A stretch of DNA of 64,000 nucleotides. It comes from Lingula anatina (taxonomy: Eukaryota; Animalia; Brachiopoda). The position numbers and the translations under genes are program-made. The notes below the pieces were generated by a model. That model saw only the letters and a program-made list of their open reading frames with translations. It was not told where the DNA came from and did not search any database. Shown one piece after another: positions 1 through 13,780 of the stretch. The stretch spans positions 54,786,788-54,850,787 of the forward strand of contig CM120640.1 of NCBI GenBank assembly GCA_051362555.1, given 5' to 3'. The first letter of the stretch is position 1, and the number at the start of each line of letters is the position of its first letter.

Positions 1-72
1 ACAATATTGTATCGAAAGAACAGTACTTTATATCACAGTCAAGACCGTCACACGACACTCAGAATCACTTAC

Positions 73-90
73 GTCTGTACTATCTGCCAT
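73..90 (-). CDS. Possible first coding exon (MADSTD) of a gene continuing left of the window
   Basis: ATG at 90-88, six codons, then a perfect GTAAGT donor at 72-67 in a relatively CpG-rich context. Too short to verify. Confidence 0.25.
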
Positions 91-685
91 TACATAAAGA
101 GTGCTTTGGCAACACAATGCATTCTCACTTCCATCTTTGTAGTATCCCAGAATCCTATCTACACTTCAAGATTTTAGTCGATAGACGGCGCTTTAAAACA
201 GGCACACTACAATGACGTGCAGCATTCAGAGCACGGAATCTTCCCAGCGTGGTTTCTGAAAAAAAAAATCACACCAATATTCCCCTCTTGAAATTAGAAT
301 TTTTGTCTAGCTGAATCATGGTTCTAAGCCATACCAAATACTACCGTTTGCCCTCCAAAATATCCAAATTTTTCGGGACTCAAATTTACGTCATAGGTTG
401 CCTTCGCATCCGAATACGAGGCCTGTCATTCCTAAAGAGACCGGACCCCCTTCAAATAATCCGGGATCCGCCCCTGAGGCCTAATCTGATCAAAGGCTTT
501 GTACAGACTCTTCTTTTTGCCAATAATCTTCTTGGAAAGTAGATACTAATAAATAAAAAAATAGGGGCTAATTGATAGTGAGATATTGTGAAAAGGATTT
601 TCTAGTTTTTGAACATAAACTACTCGCAGATTTGTATATAGGCCTATGTAGGCCTATTCTTTTATTTTCTGCTAAAACTTGAAAA

Positions 686-1323
686 ACAACTGTAAATTTG
701 TCTGTTTGTTTGTGTAAATTCCCTAATGGTTAAAGCGCTTCTTGATGATTTGAACTGTACGTGTTTTATTTCTCATTCTACGATAGAATTAGCTAGAAAT
801 AACATTATTTAAATATGTTTTGCACACATTTAGACGTAGTCATCTCGCTTTACCGAAATAGACCTATCTGTAGACCTACTCATTGATCTGAAAATCAAAA
901 ACCGAATTAAGGTTTCTAAACCCAAAAGTCTTTTACTTATTAAACAACTGTATTTAATTTGTCTGTTTGTTTGTGTGACAATAAAGCGCTTCTTGATGAT
1001 TTGAACTGTAGGGCGTGTTTTATTTCTCATTCGGGGCCGTAGCAATAGTCCGAAGGTTCATTGGTCCGAATGTTCGCTATAGAACCTTCGGACCAATGAA
1101 CCCTTGATTAAAAAAAAAACGATGAAAAAGTTACCATTTTTCGGACCAATGAACCTTCGGACTATCGAGACGCCCCCTCTCATTCTACGATACAATTAGA
1201 AATAACATTAAATATGTTTTGTAGTCATCTCGCTTTACCGAAACAGACTTATCTGTAGGCCTACTCATTGATATGAACATCAAAAACCGAATTAAGGTTT
1301 CTAAACCCTAAAGTCTTTTACTA
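686..1323. repeat. Tandem duplication of an about 255-bp unit; second copy interrupted by a MITE
   Basis: 686-778 matches 943-1032, and 771-940 matches 1178-1323. Confidence 0.85.
1033..1177. mobile_element. 145-bp MITE with 8-bp TSD TCTCATTC
   Basis: Inverted arms ATAGTCCGAAGGTTCATTGGTCCGAA / TTCGGACCAATGAACCTTCGGACTAT; GGGG...CCCC ends; TSD at 1025-1032 and 1178-1185; empty site at 771-778. Confidence 0.9.
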
Positions 1324-1894
1324 AAAATGTTCGTTAAATTAATTTTTTCCAAATTTTTATCCTTAGTTGAAAATATATCTTTACTCCGATATTTCATTCA
1401 ATGTTCATAGCCTATTAACCCCTTTTAGCCCTCGTCATCAAAACGAACGGCAGCCATACTGGAGGGAGACCGGAATCGTCTGCTGCGCATGACCATGTCT
1501 ACATGTACAATTTAGCATTTAATTTCTGTGTTTTCTTTGATATTAAACTGAGTAAAATGATGAATTACTGCAGGGTATATGATAGAGAGAAGATAAATAA
1601 CTTTACAAGCGTTCACAGACTGCCTGCAGTGGTAACAATCCAAGGTGTAGGGACGAAAACCGTAAACGGAGGAGAAACTGAGGAGTGGCTTTGAATCAAG
1701 ACTCATCGGACAAGTAAAGGATAAAACTAATTTATTTTACAGCAAAGAATGAAGACCCAGCTGTGCAGCCTTTAACATAAAAGAAAAAAAAACACAGTAG
1801 AAAACTAAAGACCGAGGTGTATAAGTTTGGAGCGCACGTACATTGCATGTTACTAGTGCCCAAAAAGTTTGGGTGGAGAGTGTGTTGTAAAAAC

Positions 1895-3002
1895 GGGTAC
1901 GTACGGATAAAATTTAGTCCCAAAATATTACACGTCCCTATACTCCCGTTACCGATAGATACATAAAGGAAAAACTGAAAAAACGTCTTTTTAGATTTAA
2001 ATACCTATAGATCCAATTTTTTACTGCTGTCCTATATATTTGCGTTCCTATAGATACGACGTCCTCATAAACCCACGTCCTTTAAATCCACATACCTATA
2101 GATCCACGTATTTTGAGATCCAAATACCGATAGATCCATTACAGGTATGCTTTTGCTCAAAATGGTTGGTATAGGCCTACTATTCAGTACAAAAAATGCA
2201 CTTCTTTAAAACGACAGCAGGCCTACACATATTAATCCTTTCAGCAATATATTATTCTACTAGCTCGTTTTCACACAATACTCAGTGAAAGAACATAAAA
2301 AGAACAAAAATGTGTTCTATATTTCACAACGGTTAGGCCTACTGTTTTAGCGTCAGAACACTGTTTAAAGCGTTCTCAAAATGTAACATTCGAACACGTA
2401 AAAAGTGTTCTGAATTTACATGTAAATGTGTTCTAAACAAAACAAAAAAACAAAAAAAAAAAACAAAAAAAAAAAAAAAAAAAAAAAAACATAAAAATGT
2501 GTTCTATATTTCACAACGCTCAGTGTTCTGGCGCCAGAACACTGTTTAAAGCGTTCTCAAAATGTAACATTTGCACACTTAAAATGTGTTCTGTTTCATG
2601 TTTACGACGCTTTCCCGAACTTTAGAGTGTGATAGACGTGTAGACGCGAACGTACATGTATGTCTTGTTTGAACACCTAATAAATATATAAATACATAAA
2701 TAAATGAATAAATAATAAATATCAGGTTGTAATTAAGTCAGATCACTAAGTGGATCGGTATTTGCAGCCTCATACCTGTATCACAAATTGATATCGGCCT
2801 TTTAGCTGATTACGATGTCAGATAGATGGATCTAGCGGTACCTGGATCTAAAGATACGTGGGTTTATAGAAATCTGTTGGTGGATCTATCGGAACGTAAA
2901 TTTAACGAGACGTAAATCTATTGAGACGTGTATGTACATGTATAGAGACGTATCTATCGGGACGAATATTTTATTGGGACGTTTATCTATATGGCGGACC
3001 CC
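1895..3002. mobile_element. Degenerate foldback-type non-autonomous DNA transposon with a nested direct repeat
   Basis: GGG...CCC ends; 8-bp TSD GTAAAAAC (1887-1894, 3003-3010); arms made of short degenerate subrepeats in opposite orientation (TAGATCCA vs TGGATCTA); internal direct repeat about 2300-2430 / 2488-2593. Confidence 0.65.
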
Positions 3003-4389
3003 GTAAAAACGTGTGGAAATACCCAGGCAAGGTTTCGACTTTCAGTATGAAGACTCACTTCATTGCCTTGGGTGTAATTTGTTATCAGTTATGGTGCTTC
3101 GGATTTTATCTGCTGTCATCTACCTCTTTAATACCTGGTTAGCATTATTGTCAATTAGTGTCAAGGCTACAGTACAATGTACACAGCTCAGCTGGGCCAA
3201 TTAAATCAATTACCTGTGTCATGTGTATTTGGAAGTTAGTGGCTTGATTTTAGATTTAGTGTAGCGTTAAGAGTAAATCTGTTTTGTAAGTATATATTCT
3301 AGCTCAGGTACCATTTAATTGAATGAACTTACTGAAATGAATTTGAAAAAATTTGAATTCTGTGTTTTCCTACTGTATTATGATGCAAGTTACAATATGA
3401 ATAAAAATAACTATTGTTACCTTTTTTTGTTAATTTACATTTAGGAAATTGATCTGACATTTTCCCACCAAGCCACACTGAATGATTGGGTGCAAATAAA
3501 TCTTGGTTATCAAAAAAAAAAAAAAAAAAAATAATAATAATAATAAAAAAAAAGGTGACAGGTACAAAAGGCAGCTAGATGGCACACAAGGTAGAAGCAG
3601 CGAAAAAATATTCTTATATCTTTGTGACCAGCTGAGGAGACAGGATCTGAACATCAGGAGAGTGAAATTCAGTGCATGACAGGAGTTATTTAATTGGATT
3701 TGTTTATTTATTTAATTGTTCATTTGTTGTTTTAAAGTTGTTATCCTGATAGCTTGCATACAACAAGGACATGCAGGTTTTCTATTTATTTAGAATTGTG
3801 AGCAGAAGCACAAGAAGAAATGAAAACACTTTTTCTTTCTCATATTTTTAAAGGCTAAATGGAAAAGTTTGCAAGAAATATAAAATTTTGTATGGTGCAC
3901 CTCCCACAGATGGTCTGATATGCAGAAACAGATGGCTGTTGTACATGTAGGTTGTGCATTTTTAAATTGTGCCCACCAGTTGTGGAATTCTCCTAAATAA
4001 AATTACAAACTGCTTAGTAACACCATCTAAAGCCTTACATACCCACACAGCACATATCAATTGTGAGTCTTCAATCAAGCATTTCTCTAGACAATTAAAA
4101 ATATACTAAACAGGTTCCTCAAATGATGGTGGCTTGATTCGACTTAATATGCTCATGTACATGTTGCATTGTATCATTAAAAGTATGGAAATATTTTTCA
4201 TGTCAGTGTTATCAACCAAAAGGAAAGGGACCCTGATAATTTGTCATTGAATTGTGCAACGTTTTGCATTTTATGTTTACTTTTATCCATACAAAATGTG
4301 CATTTTCCTATATTTTCAATCAAATAAAGATCAATTCATGAACTGACTTGTTGTTATGTTACATTGAATGTCATAAGTTTGAAAATTAC

Positions 4390-4900
4390 ATTGCTTCTGT
4401 GAAGGTTTGGACTAATAATAAAATGCTAACAATGTTGCTACTGTGAATGGTTGAATTCATGGTAAAATATTGAACTCTCAAACAACAGTCATGTTACAAA
4501 TACTTCCTAATGAACCAAAATGAGGCACAAGAATGCTGAAATAATTTCTGACAGCTTCATGATGTACAGTTAAATCATATCTGACAGCAATATTTCTTGT
4601 CACAACCCTGCATACTGTCTTCTTTGAGTCCGTAAGGGTTGATCCCGATAGTCAGCTCAAATTTCTCCTTATATCTATCCTTTATGTAAAAAGTTGCTTC
4701 TATGAAAGGTTGAACTTATGATTACACAGTAAACTCTCTAAAACTATAACTGTTATTACCCAATGAACAAGAAAAATGAAGTACAAGATAACTGAACTAG
4801 CTTCTGACAACATTCCACGATGTTGGGATACAGGGGCAGGTCAGGACTGTCTTGAGTTTATATGGGTCGATCACGCTGATCAGCTGAAGTTTTCACATGT
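4390..4900. repeat. Old degenerate tandem duplication, period about 260 bp
   Basis: 4492-4670 resembles 4751-4900 (aatgaac..aaaatga.g.acaaga...tctgaca...ctgtctt..gagt...tgatc/cgatc...tcagct). Confidence 0.55.
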
Positions 4901-5661
4901 ATATACTATTTTCCTTTTGGTGTACTTGATCACGATATGAAGATTATTTCATTTTATTTGGTTCACCTATATTTACGCTACTATTCCCCGTCGTTCTTTC
5001 CCTCCAGAATGGCCGCTGGACGAGTGTTACGGAGCAAATATGACGTCACTGTAATGGGTTAATAGTTCTGAAAAGTTATTACAGTTATTATTATGTCAAA
5101 TTCTCATTGGTCCGAAGAACTACTGGTCTGAAATTATCTACCTCCCTCCAGTCCATGTTGACTCTTGTTTTGCCTTCCACTGCGCATAATAAATACGCCG
5201 ACTAAGAAGTTAGTTAACATCAAAAGCAGTAGAAAAACACGAATATTAATGAAGTGAGATGCATGCCTTTACTTTTTGTTACTTCTACATATAGAATTCT
5301 TGACGCGTACGTTCCGTCATACTTCAATTATTCTCTGCTTTTCCAATAACATGACGGATGAACATTTCATTGCAAATTAAGGTAATTTCATATTTGTGCT
5401 TTAAAAGAAAGGTGAAAATCATAACATATAGATCAGATATTTTTTTCTTTTAAAGTAATGTCCACAATATGAAGTAAACGACCGTTTTGAAAATATAACA
5501 GCCTTCTTTTATCTTAAATTAAAGTTCGACTTAAAAAGAAAAAATAAAATAAAAAAAAACATTCGGCTCCATTCAAATTTGATAAAAAATAAACCTTCAA
5601 AACGACAGCTCTGAACCATAGTATGACCACTCAAGGAAGTTAAATAGGGCCTATTACATCG

Positions 5662-5730
5662 GAGTGCATTCCCAAAGATTTAATTAGATCGATTTAGATC
5701 GATCCATCCGGATGTGGGAATGGGGTCTAA
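5662..5730. mobile_element. Internally deleted relative of the MITE at 62419-62634
   Basis: Shares gcattcccaaagattta...tttagatcgatc and the gggaatggggtc-TAA end. Confidence 0.55.
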
Positions 5731-7649
5731 CTCCTAGGGCCACTGTGCCTTCGAAACTAGGCCTCTAAATGAAAAAGGAAATGATACATTTTTGTAGAAA
5801 GTGAAAGAAGATCGGATGTATATATTGGAACCGGAAAGAAAGTGAAGCGCCACTACTGCCACTTATCTATTAGAACATTACAGAGTTCGTTTGTGAAACT
5901 TTTGCTGTTTGGCTTTTTGATGTTATGGTAATACTGTACATGTACAAGGTGCACTGGTAACCGTTCGTTTGGCTTAAAGATGCATACAAAGTCAATTTTT
6001 TGTCACAAAAACCAACCAAATGCCAGCATATAGTTTCAAGTAGTATAACTAAGAGAATTACCAAAAGGCATTGTTTAATTTTACCCAAAAATGATGTTTG
6101 AACGGATTTTTCTGCTGGCATACTAAGCTGTATGTCAATGGGACAGGAAAGTAGGTCACGAAAGTAGGTTAAATTTACAACCAAAAATTTAAAGAAAGGA
6201 GCAGTCTAAAGGTCTTTTATGGCTGATCGAGTGATCTATTCAGTTTATCCCTTGGCACGTCGAATTTATTTGAGTCATATAAGAAGCTAGTAGAAGTGGT
6301 TTACATGTGTTACTTGGAATCCACGCTCCACCGATGCTCGGTGCGTATGTACCTTTAAGTCAAGAAAAAAAGAGTGTTCTTAAACCTGTCGGTTTATTGG
6401 GTAATTTTGAATTTAAAAAATCGACTTATGTTCTGCAAGTGTTACCCTTGACATTAGGAAAAGTTTTTCATCAATTTTCGTGCCATAATTATGTTGGATC
6501 CTACTCGTAAAAGTAAAACAGGCCAACAATAAATTTCAAAGTATTAGGAAAGTTTTATTAAATGTGTCAAATATTTGAAAACTGTTTCTAATAGAACTAT
6601 ATTATATAACCCAGTAGCTGAGCTTCTGCTACAGTTAATTTTCACCAAACAACACTGTTTCTAATGAGATAGCCAAAAAATAATTTATGTTGATGACATT
6701 CAGGGCTTGTCTCTACTCAGGTTTTAATATTCACAATAAGAATATAAATAAATAAGCACAATTTTGAAGTTCAATTTTTTATAATTAATTAATATGGAAT
6801 TGGATGACACATACTAATTTTGAAATAATTTCCCTGAGTATTTCTCATATCACTCAGAAAAAAAAGTTGGCTAATGCTTATATTAATATCAGAACAGCAA
6901 AACCAGAAAAAGTTAATCTTTTTACATTAAAATTGAGCTTTTAGTCATAAAATTCCATCTTATATCACAAAATGTACTTAATTTGACTAAAATATTTTGG
7001 AAAACAAGCCAGCATGAGCCCATACAATATCATGTGTGTTCCAGATATTCATTAAAACTGCATTCTGATGATTGTACATACACATACAATTAAGTAGACT
7101 AGTTATTATAATTTTGATTAAATGTAGTAAATGTAAAAATATATTCTTACATAAAAAAACTCAAATAAATACTAATACAATATTTGAGTGTTTTCAACAA
7201 AATTACTAATGGCTCAGCAAGCTACAAACACTATACTATCATCCTAATATATAATACTGACAATTTTAAATAGATCTTTACTTTAAATGCAAAATGGTAG
7301 AGATCTTAAGTAACAACTATGTATAAATGTAAAATGATTAAACTGCTTTGAAATACAACAAAATTAGCCTATGAGACTAAGAATAAACAGGTAATTTTTG
7401 TCAATGTTTCAACCTTTCTGATTCAAAACTACTACATACTTCATTCAATTCTAATTTGTAAAATAAAAATAGTATTATACTAATATGGAGTCATCTTAAA
7501 TTTGATTTTGTAACATACCCACCAAAACATATTCTTGTTATTTTGACCTCTTGGCCTTAATTTTGCTGGATTCAATCTCAGAGAACAACTCACTATCAAG
7601 GTTTCACATCTCAAAATGGTTATTCAACTGCGCTTTCATTCTATCACAG

Positions 7650-10600
7650 TCACTTTGGAAACACTCCTACTTTGTGACCTTTACTTTCAGCAAACTGCTT
7701 CATCAGATAATCCTGCTGAGTAAGTTGTTTTTCAAATCTAGCACACAGACTTTTCATTTCTTTTATACTCTTATCTTTGTCCTGTATAAGTTTGTTTGAT
7801 TTTTCTAATTTGGATTCTAATGTAGAGCAGTTATCACAAGCACCCTAAAAATAGAGAGAAAAATGAAATATGAGATCTTTTTACAATCATACCCTTTTAA
7901 ACCATTGTACCACAGAATATTTCAACTGAATAGTTTCTTAAATTGATATTACTACTTATGTATTCCTGAAATTATCACTGAAACCATCCAAACAAGACCA
8001 CGAGCATCAGTTAAAAAACACAACAACAGTATAAAAATTCATACTCACAGATGGATTCTTTTTGGATGATCTAAGCTTTAATCTCAGTGTGTCACACTCC
8101 TCCTGTATTCTGCTCAGTTCTTTGGTCAGTTCATCAAGCTGCTGTTGGCGCTCCCTGGAATTTATTAGAACAACCACAAGGTATTAACTTGTTACTTAGG
8201 ATATAGACAAAACGGCTGATAAAAAGTTAAATAAAAGCTTATATATATTAATGAAAAAATAAATCCATTAACCCAACCAAAGTGACACAACAACAAATGG
8301 CGAGTTTCCTTTTTTTAAATTTAGATTACAGTCAGGTTAACATCCGGGTTCAAATCAAGAATCAAATGCAACTGTCTTCGCTATTTAGTATAAAACAGTT
8401 AAACATATTCCAGCCCTTTGAAAATATGCACGACCATGTATTACCATGAATTCCCTTTTAAGACATCTGCCATTTGTCTCTTCATTTTGTTCAGTTTCTC
8501 ATCTTTGATTTCAATTTCCTTGTCTTTTTCTGCTTTGATTTCAGTTATTTGATTTTCATGCTATAAAACAGAAAAATGCAAGTGCTAATATTTTGATAAA
8601 ATACTAGAAGTCACCATCACTAAGTAAGGTAAATAAGAGTGATTGATTTATTTAAATAAGTATTGAAATTGGTTGTGATTGACATATTTCAGTATTGTAA
8701 TATTATCATACATATTTTAAATGCATTGTATTATATACAACAACCACTGACAGGCACAATTTATGCAATTTGTTCTTGAAAAATAAAAAATTTCCCAGTC
8801 CAATCACCTGTTTTCTGCACAATTTTTACTGACCATCACTAATAACTGAGATTCAAACTCAAAAACACTACTGATTTAAGCCATAATTATATGAATGGTT
8901 AGAACCTTTTTTCACATTTTTACTTGGCCTAAAAATGCAATTGGTAAAGTCGTTTCATTACTTCAAAAGAATGAACCATCTTCAGGATTAAGTACAAATT
9001 TTATGTCAACAAACCCCCTAAAACAGTCTCTAAAGATAGAATTAGTTAGCTCAACTTTCTTGTACATATTACATACTTTGGATATCAATTCTTTTATTTC
9101 CCCATCGTGTTTTTCTTTTAATTTTGTGCAATTTTCTTTTTCCTGTTCTAAACGCTCTTCAATGATCTTCAGGTGATCTTTTGTCCTTTGGTGAGCAGCT
9201 TTTTCCTGTTCTAAGAGGTCAGTGAGGTCTGCTTCCTACAATATATAAATTCCTAAAAATGTGAATATTCCAAAGATACAAAAGACTTCAATCTAAAATA
9301 ACTAGTACCCTCGTTGCATACTTCAAAAATACAAACAAATGCATGTATGCCACATAAACATGTTAGTACACACACACACACACACACAGTGAAATGAACT
9401 TTGTTTAGAATATTTTCACTTGTTTTCTTTGTTCATAAACTGAAATTTTCACCAATGGAGACAATTTTTTTCAAATGAAATTGTCATAAATCTAATTAAT
9501 CTGCACTAAAGTCCCTGATTGTAAATTATAACAAGTAAAAAAAACGTAAAAACACACACACACACACACACACACACATTTTTATACAACTCAAGATGAT
9601 TGTGCTGGTAGTGCACCAATATGAATAACAAAAATCTCAATCAATAAAAGTTGCTTTTTCACTTATTACACTTAAAATCCACAATAAAATAGTCAAATAA
9701 CAATGGTTGTTATTTGGGTTATCTAACTATCCGAGTTTTAGTATTTGCATTCCTTAAGCACAGTGAAATGCAATTTCTGGGTCATTTAACATGAAGCAGA
9801 AACCAGATAGCATCCACTGTTTACACTAAGAAAATGAACAAACATCTTTATAAACTAAACCCATTGATAAAGAATTGAATGTGAGCAGTATGACTTGATG
9901 CAAGCTTAACAAAAAGAAAAAAAAATTAAACTGAATGAAATAATTCAAGTTGTTGACAGGACAAAATTGACTTAACCTGATGCTGAATGGAGGTAGATGC
10001 CATTAAAATATAAAATTTCAATTTAAAAAAGAAATTCATAAAATTCACTGTTATAATTCAATTAGGAAACCAGTTTAAATTTAAACAAGTTACAGCAGCA
10101 AACTATCATTTCTTGAAACTACATTTTCAAAACACAGTTCCTTAGTTCACATAATCAAAAACCAATACCTGTCTTGATAATTGTTCCTGAAGCTCTTTAA
10201 TCAGTGCTTCCTTTTCTGCAATCAGTGCCCTGAGTTCATCTATGATTTTCTGCAAATCCTCTATTTTCTGCTTTAATTGTTTTTCTCTAGACTGCAAGTA
10301 ATAGTTGCATCAGAAATGAAAGATTCATGCATTCCAAGGACAAAAAAATCTGTTCTGTTTTACTACAGCAACTAAAAATATTGTTTCAATATTGATGTGG
10401 AAATTATTAGATAACTCACACCTGTGAGCAATTTGCATTTGTGAAAACTTCAGATTTTTATAGTGCAGTGATTTGCTTTGTCATAACATAGATACTGCCT
10501 TAAAGAGTTGGGAATAGTAATTATTACATAAATCTCACTCCCCACATCATGTTGTATCTCATTGGCTTAGTTTATTTAATTTAAAAAATCCATACAGATT

Positions 10601-10908
10601 ATTACCAAAGCCTCCTTGAGTTCTTTGGATGCTTTATTTTCTTGAAGCTTTTTGTCCTTCCCATCATCACTTTTGCCTCCTCCAGAATTTGACCTAGGAC
10701 TGGCATTAATTTTTTTCCTGGGTGATGGCGTTTTCTCTACCACTGGTTTCTCTTCCTTATCTGGACTGCTACGAGGAGGGGGAACATTCATTGCACTCCC
10801 ATGCAGCAAGTAGCCACCTCTGATAGATGGGAATTTTGGAATAGATTCTGCCAAGGCATTGTTATAGTTTACAGACCCAAGTGGTCTCATTTTCTTTGTG
10901 TTAGACAT
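7650..10908 (-). CDS. Uncharacterised 333-aa protein with a Pro/Ser/Lys-rich N-terminus and a long coiled coil. Coding exons 10606-10908, 10169-10291, 9077-9235, 8445-8560, 8049-8154, 7650-7844
   Basis: All five introns are GT-AG with consistent phases (0,0,0,2,0). The joined CDS is 1002 nt and ends in TGA. Heptad-rich segments: SREKQLKQKIEDLQKIIDELRAL, GNSWERQQQLDELTKELSRIQEEC, CDNCSTLESKLEK. A probable non-coding 5' exon has a GTAAGT donor near 11713 and an acceptor near 11006. Confidence 0.85.
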
Positions 10909-11103
10909 GATGTTTTTCTACAGCTACTGTAATCTTTCCCAGCAAACACATGTACTGATTTATCCTGGTCTATGTAGTTTGTTCCATTGATAGGTAATTG
11001 TAAAGCTGAAATGAAATATAAACTAATAAAAGAAAGATATGAATTGTTCATTTTTATTCCTACAGGCGAAGATTGTGTAAATAGCATCATACTGATTTTT
11101 TCT

Positions 11104-11125
<22 letters not shown>

Positions 11126-11159
<34 letters not shown>
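11126..11159. repeat. (GT)n microsatellite next to a poly-T tract
   Basis: Seen directly. Confidence 0.95.
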
Positions 11160-11161
<2 letters not shown>

Positions 11162-13780
11162 TATTTTGACAATATCATGGTTTTCTAAACACAGCAAGCT
11201 AACAAAGAAATGATATATGTACAGTGTGCTCAGTAAAACGAACACTTTTTCTTTATAGTTTTTATATACTGTATTTTTTTACATTCATAATAGCATTACA
11301 GTGAATATAAAATGTAATTAAAGGTGCTTAAATACTGATTGTGATTATTTCAAATATTTGGACTTGGTACATGTATAGATACTTAGTACACCATTTTTAT
11401 TTAATTCCTATTTAACTAGAACAAAGACGTCCGAATAAATAGAGGAGGCATGCATTTAATTGACAAATCCACCACAAAGACTGACAGAAACTTGGTGACA
11501 TATTGCGTGGTCATGATACAAATATTTTTACAACAAGTGACTGGGCTAGTTTGCAAACTCCCTGACCCTGTCACAGCGTCAGTGTCAAACGTGAAGTCAA
11601 AAAATATATGAAGTCGACTTCTTCTCTAATGTTCGGGAGAATTTACCATTAAATGTAGCATAGCAATGCTATCACATCGTTTGGCATAAACAAAAAGACT
11701 AAATGACACTTACCTAGCTGCACATTAAACCTATTGGGAGAAATAAAAACAGCCAGCGACCAGGTAACTATGCTGGCAAGTCGAGGTCGTGTAAACAACC
11801 TCATATCCCGCAGCAAAGGTCACAAGGCAATGTGATTAGTTTAAAAATATTTTGTCGCACCTAACACATTCATGCACTTCATTACTTTTTCAGGTTGACG
11901 GTCATTTGGGGCAGGGTCCGTTTTCTAATGTAATCAATGTTATTTCCACGAAAAAAAAATTCCCCTACCGTGCATGGTTAATGTCACCCTTTTTATTCAA
12001 AATGCTCTATAAGCTTTACTGAAAGAACAAAATCTGTTTTACACACTGTTTGCTGTCAGCAGAGACTGGGCGTGTAGATCAAACCTGGTAAATTGATTAT
12101 GGAATGCGACATTCGTATACATGTGTACAGTCACTGATTTCAACAATTGCTAATCTATATGTATATATATATATATATATATTTATTTATCTATTTATTT
12201 GTCTGTTCTATGTTCTAGCCACTAGTATCGTATTGTAATTGATTATACCTTTATGTGAAGGTGTTTGTCAATAAAGAATCTGAATCACACCACTGTATGC
12301 ATACCTTTCATGTCATTTGTTATGCCAGTCCAGTAAAATTTTGCTATTTTAAACTTTCAATTAAACTATTCATTATTTATCAAAATAGTTGCAGCGAAAA
12401 AGGATTAAAATAGATGTAGTTTATAACTAGGGCCCATCATGTTAGTTTAGTGGGTCCTAGTTTATGATTAACACAACAAAAATTGTAAACTGGGAAATAT
12501 ATTTTTTATTAATTTAACAATAACACATATCTTTGTACACAACAGGTGAATGTGGTTTAATATACACATGCAAATGATTAATTTTTCTAATTAAAGCTCA
12601 TTTTACAGTGAGTAATACTACATGTACATCAATCATAATGAAAGAAATGGTCCTTTCTCTTTAAGAGGTTTTGATACAAAAAGACAATGACTAGGGGGTC
12701 TATGATATAAAAAAAGGAGGGCCCTAACATCTGTTTCAAGGATGTGTTCACAACCTTCAACAATCAATACACTAGTGAGGCAGAATTTCAGTTTCTTCAT
12801 CTGAGTGATGCACCATCTACAATAGAAAGTTTGACAGTTCAATACAATAAGGAAGTATTTGTGGAAGAAGTTTCCTCCTAACAAAAGCATTAAGGAACTG
12901 ATTGTAAGCTTTAAAAAACCTTTCACATTTCATCCTTCACTGGTCAATATAATTTTGAGATAACCATAATGTTGAAATATCAAAAACTTGAAGTTTTTAC
13001 TGTGATCTTGTTTTCCATTTTCAAAAACATAATGCAATTAAAATATTTGCTCAAGTACAGGTATCTACACAGTTTACACTTTGTACATAACATGACTAGT
13101 GATACTACTTTAGCTAGATGAAAGTATTATGCAGGAGACACAGTTTGAGTCAGTTTCAAACGTGATGTGCTATCTTAATTGAGCATAAAATCACTTTAAA
13201 CCTGCAAGAGATGCAAGATATCTTTGTAAATTCTTACTTTAATGTTTCCTTTTTCTTTGCAACACGCAATAAGATAACCCTGTTTCATACAATTGTACAT
13301 GCAAGCATTGACATTGTGTTCTTCTCACACAAAATTAATAAAACAGGTATACCTTTGGCAAGGTTCTCGATTTCATAGCTACACTGAGATCAAGTTTGAG
13401 CAAAACTTTCTTTTTACAATGTCTTGGATGGCAAAAAAAGATGAGGACAATAAAATAACAGAGTGCTTTTTAAACAATTTAGAAGTGAATGACCTCAAAT
13501 CTATTGCTGTTGTTTTTTCAAGCTGGCAATTGCAAACCAGAAATAAAAGCTACCATTTTTTATGATAACATGTATTGAGAAGATGATATTATCCCTACAG
13601 AAATAACAGTTTTACTCTGGGGTTCCAACGGTGTACAGATTAAATTAGAGATTTGCTAACAATCATAATATCACAGACACACAGGTGAACCTATCATCTG
13701 GGAGTACATCTTCTTTTTGGGCTGTCTTGTAGCTACCACTAATGAAGGTGGTTACTCCACGGAAACCTCTGGACCATGTG

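Noticed and set aside
4990-5400. Plus-strand promoter or first exon (CRE TGACGTCA at 5041, AG|GTAAT near 5381)
   Set aside because: No downstream plus-strand exons could be assembled.
9180-9215. SPATA24 assignment for the coiled-coil gene from EKAAHQRTK
   Set aside because: A single short match within a generic coiled coil; the rest does not match what I recall of that family.
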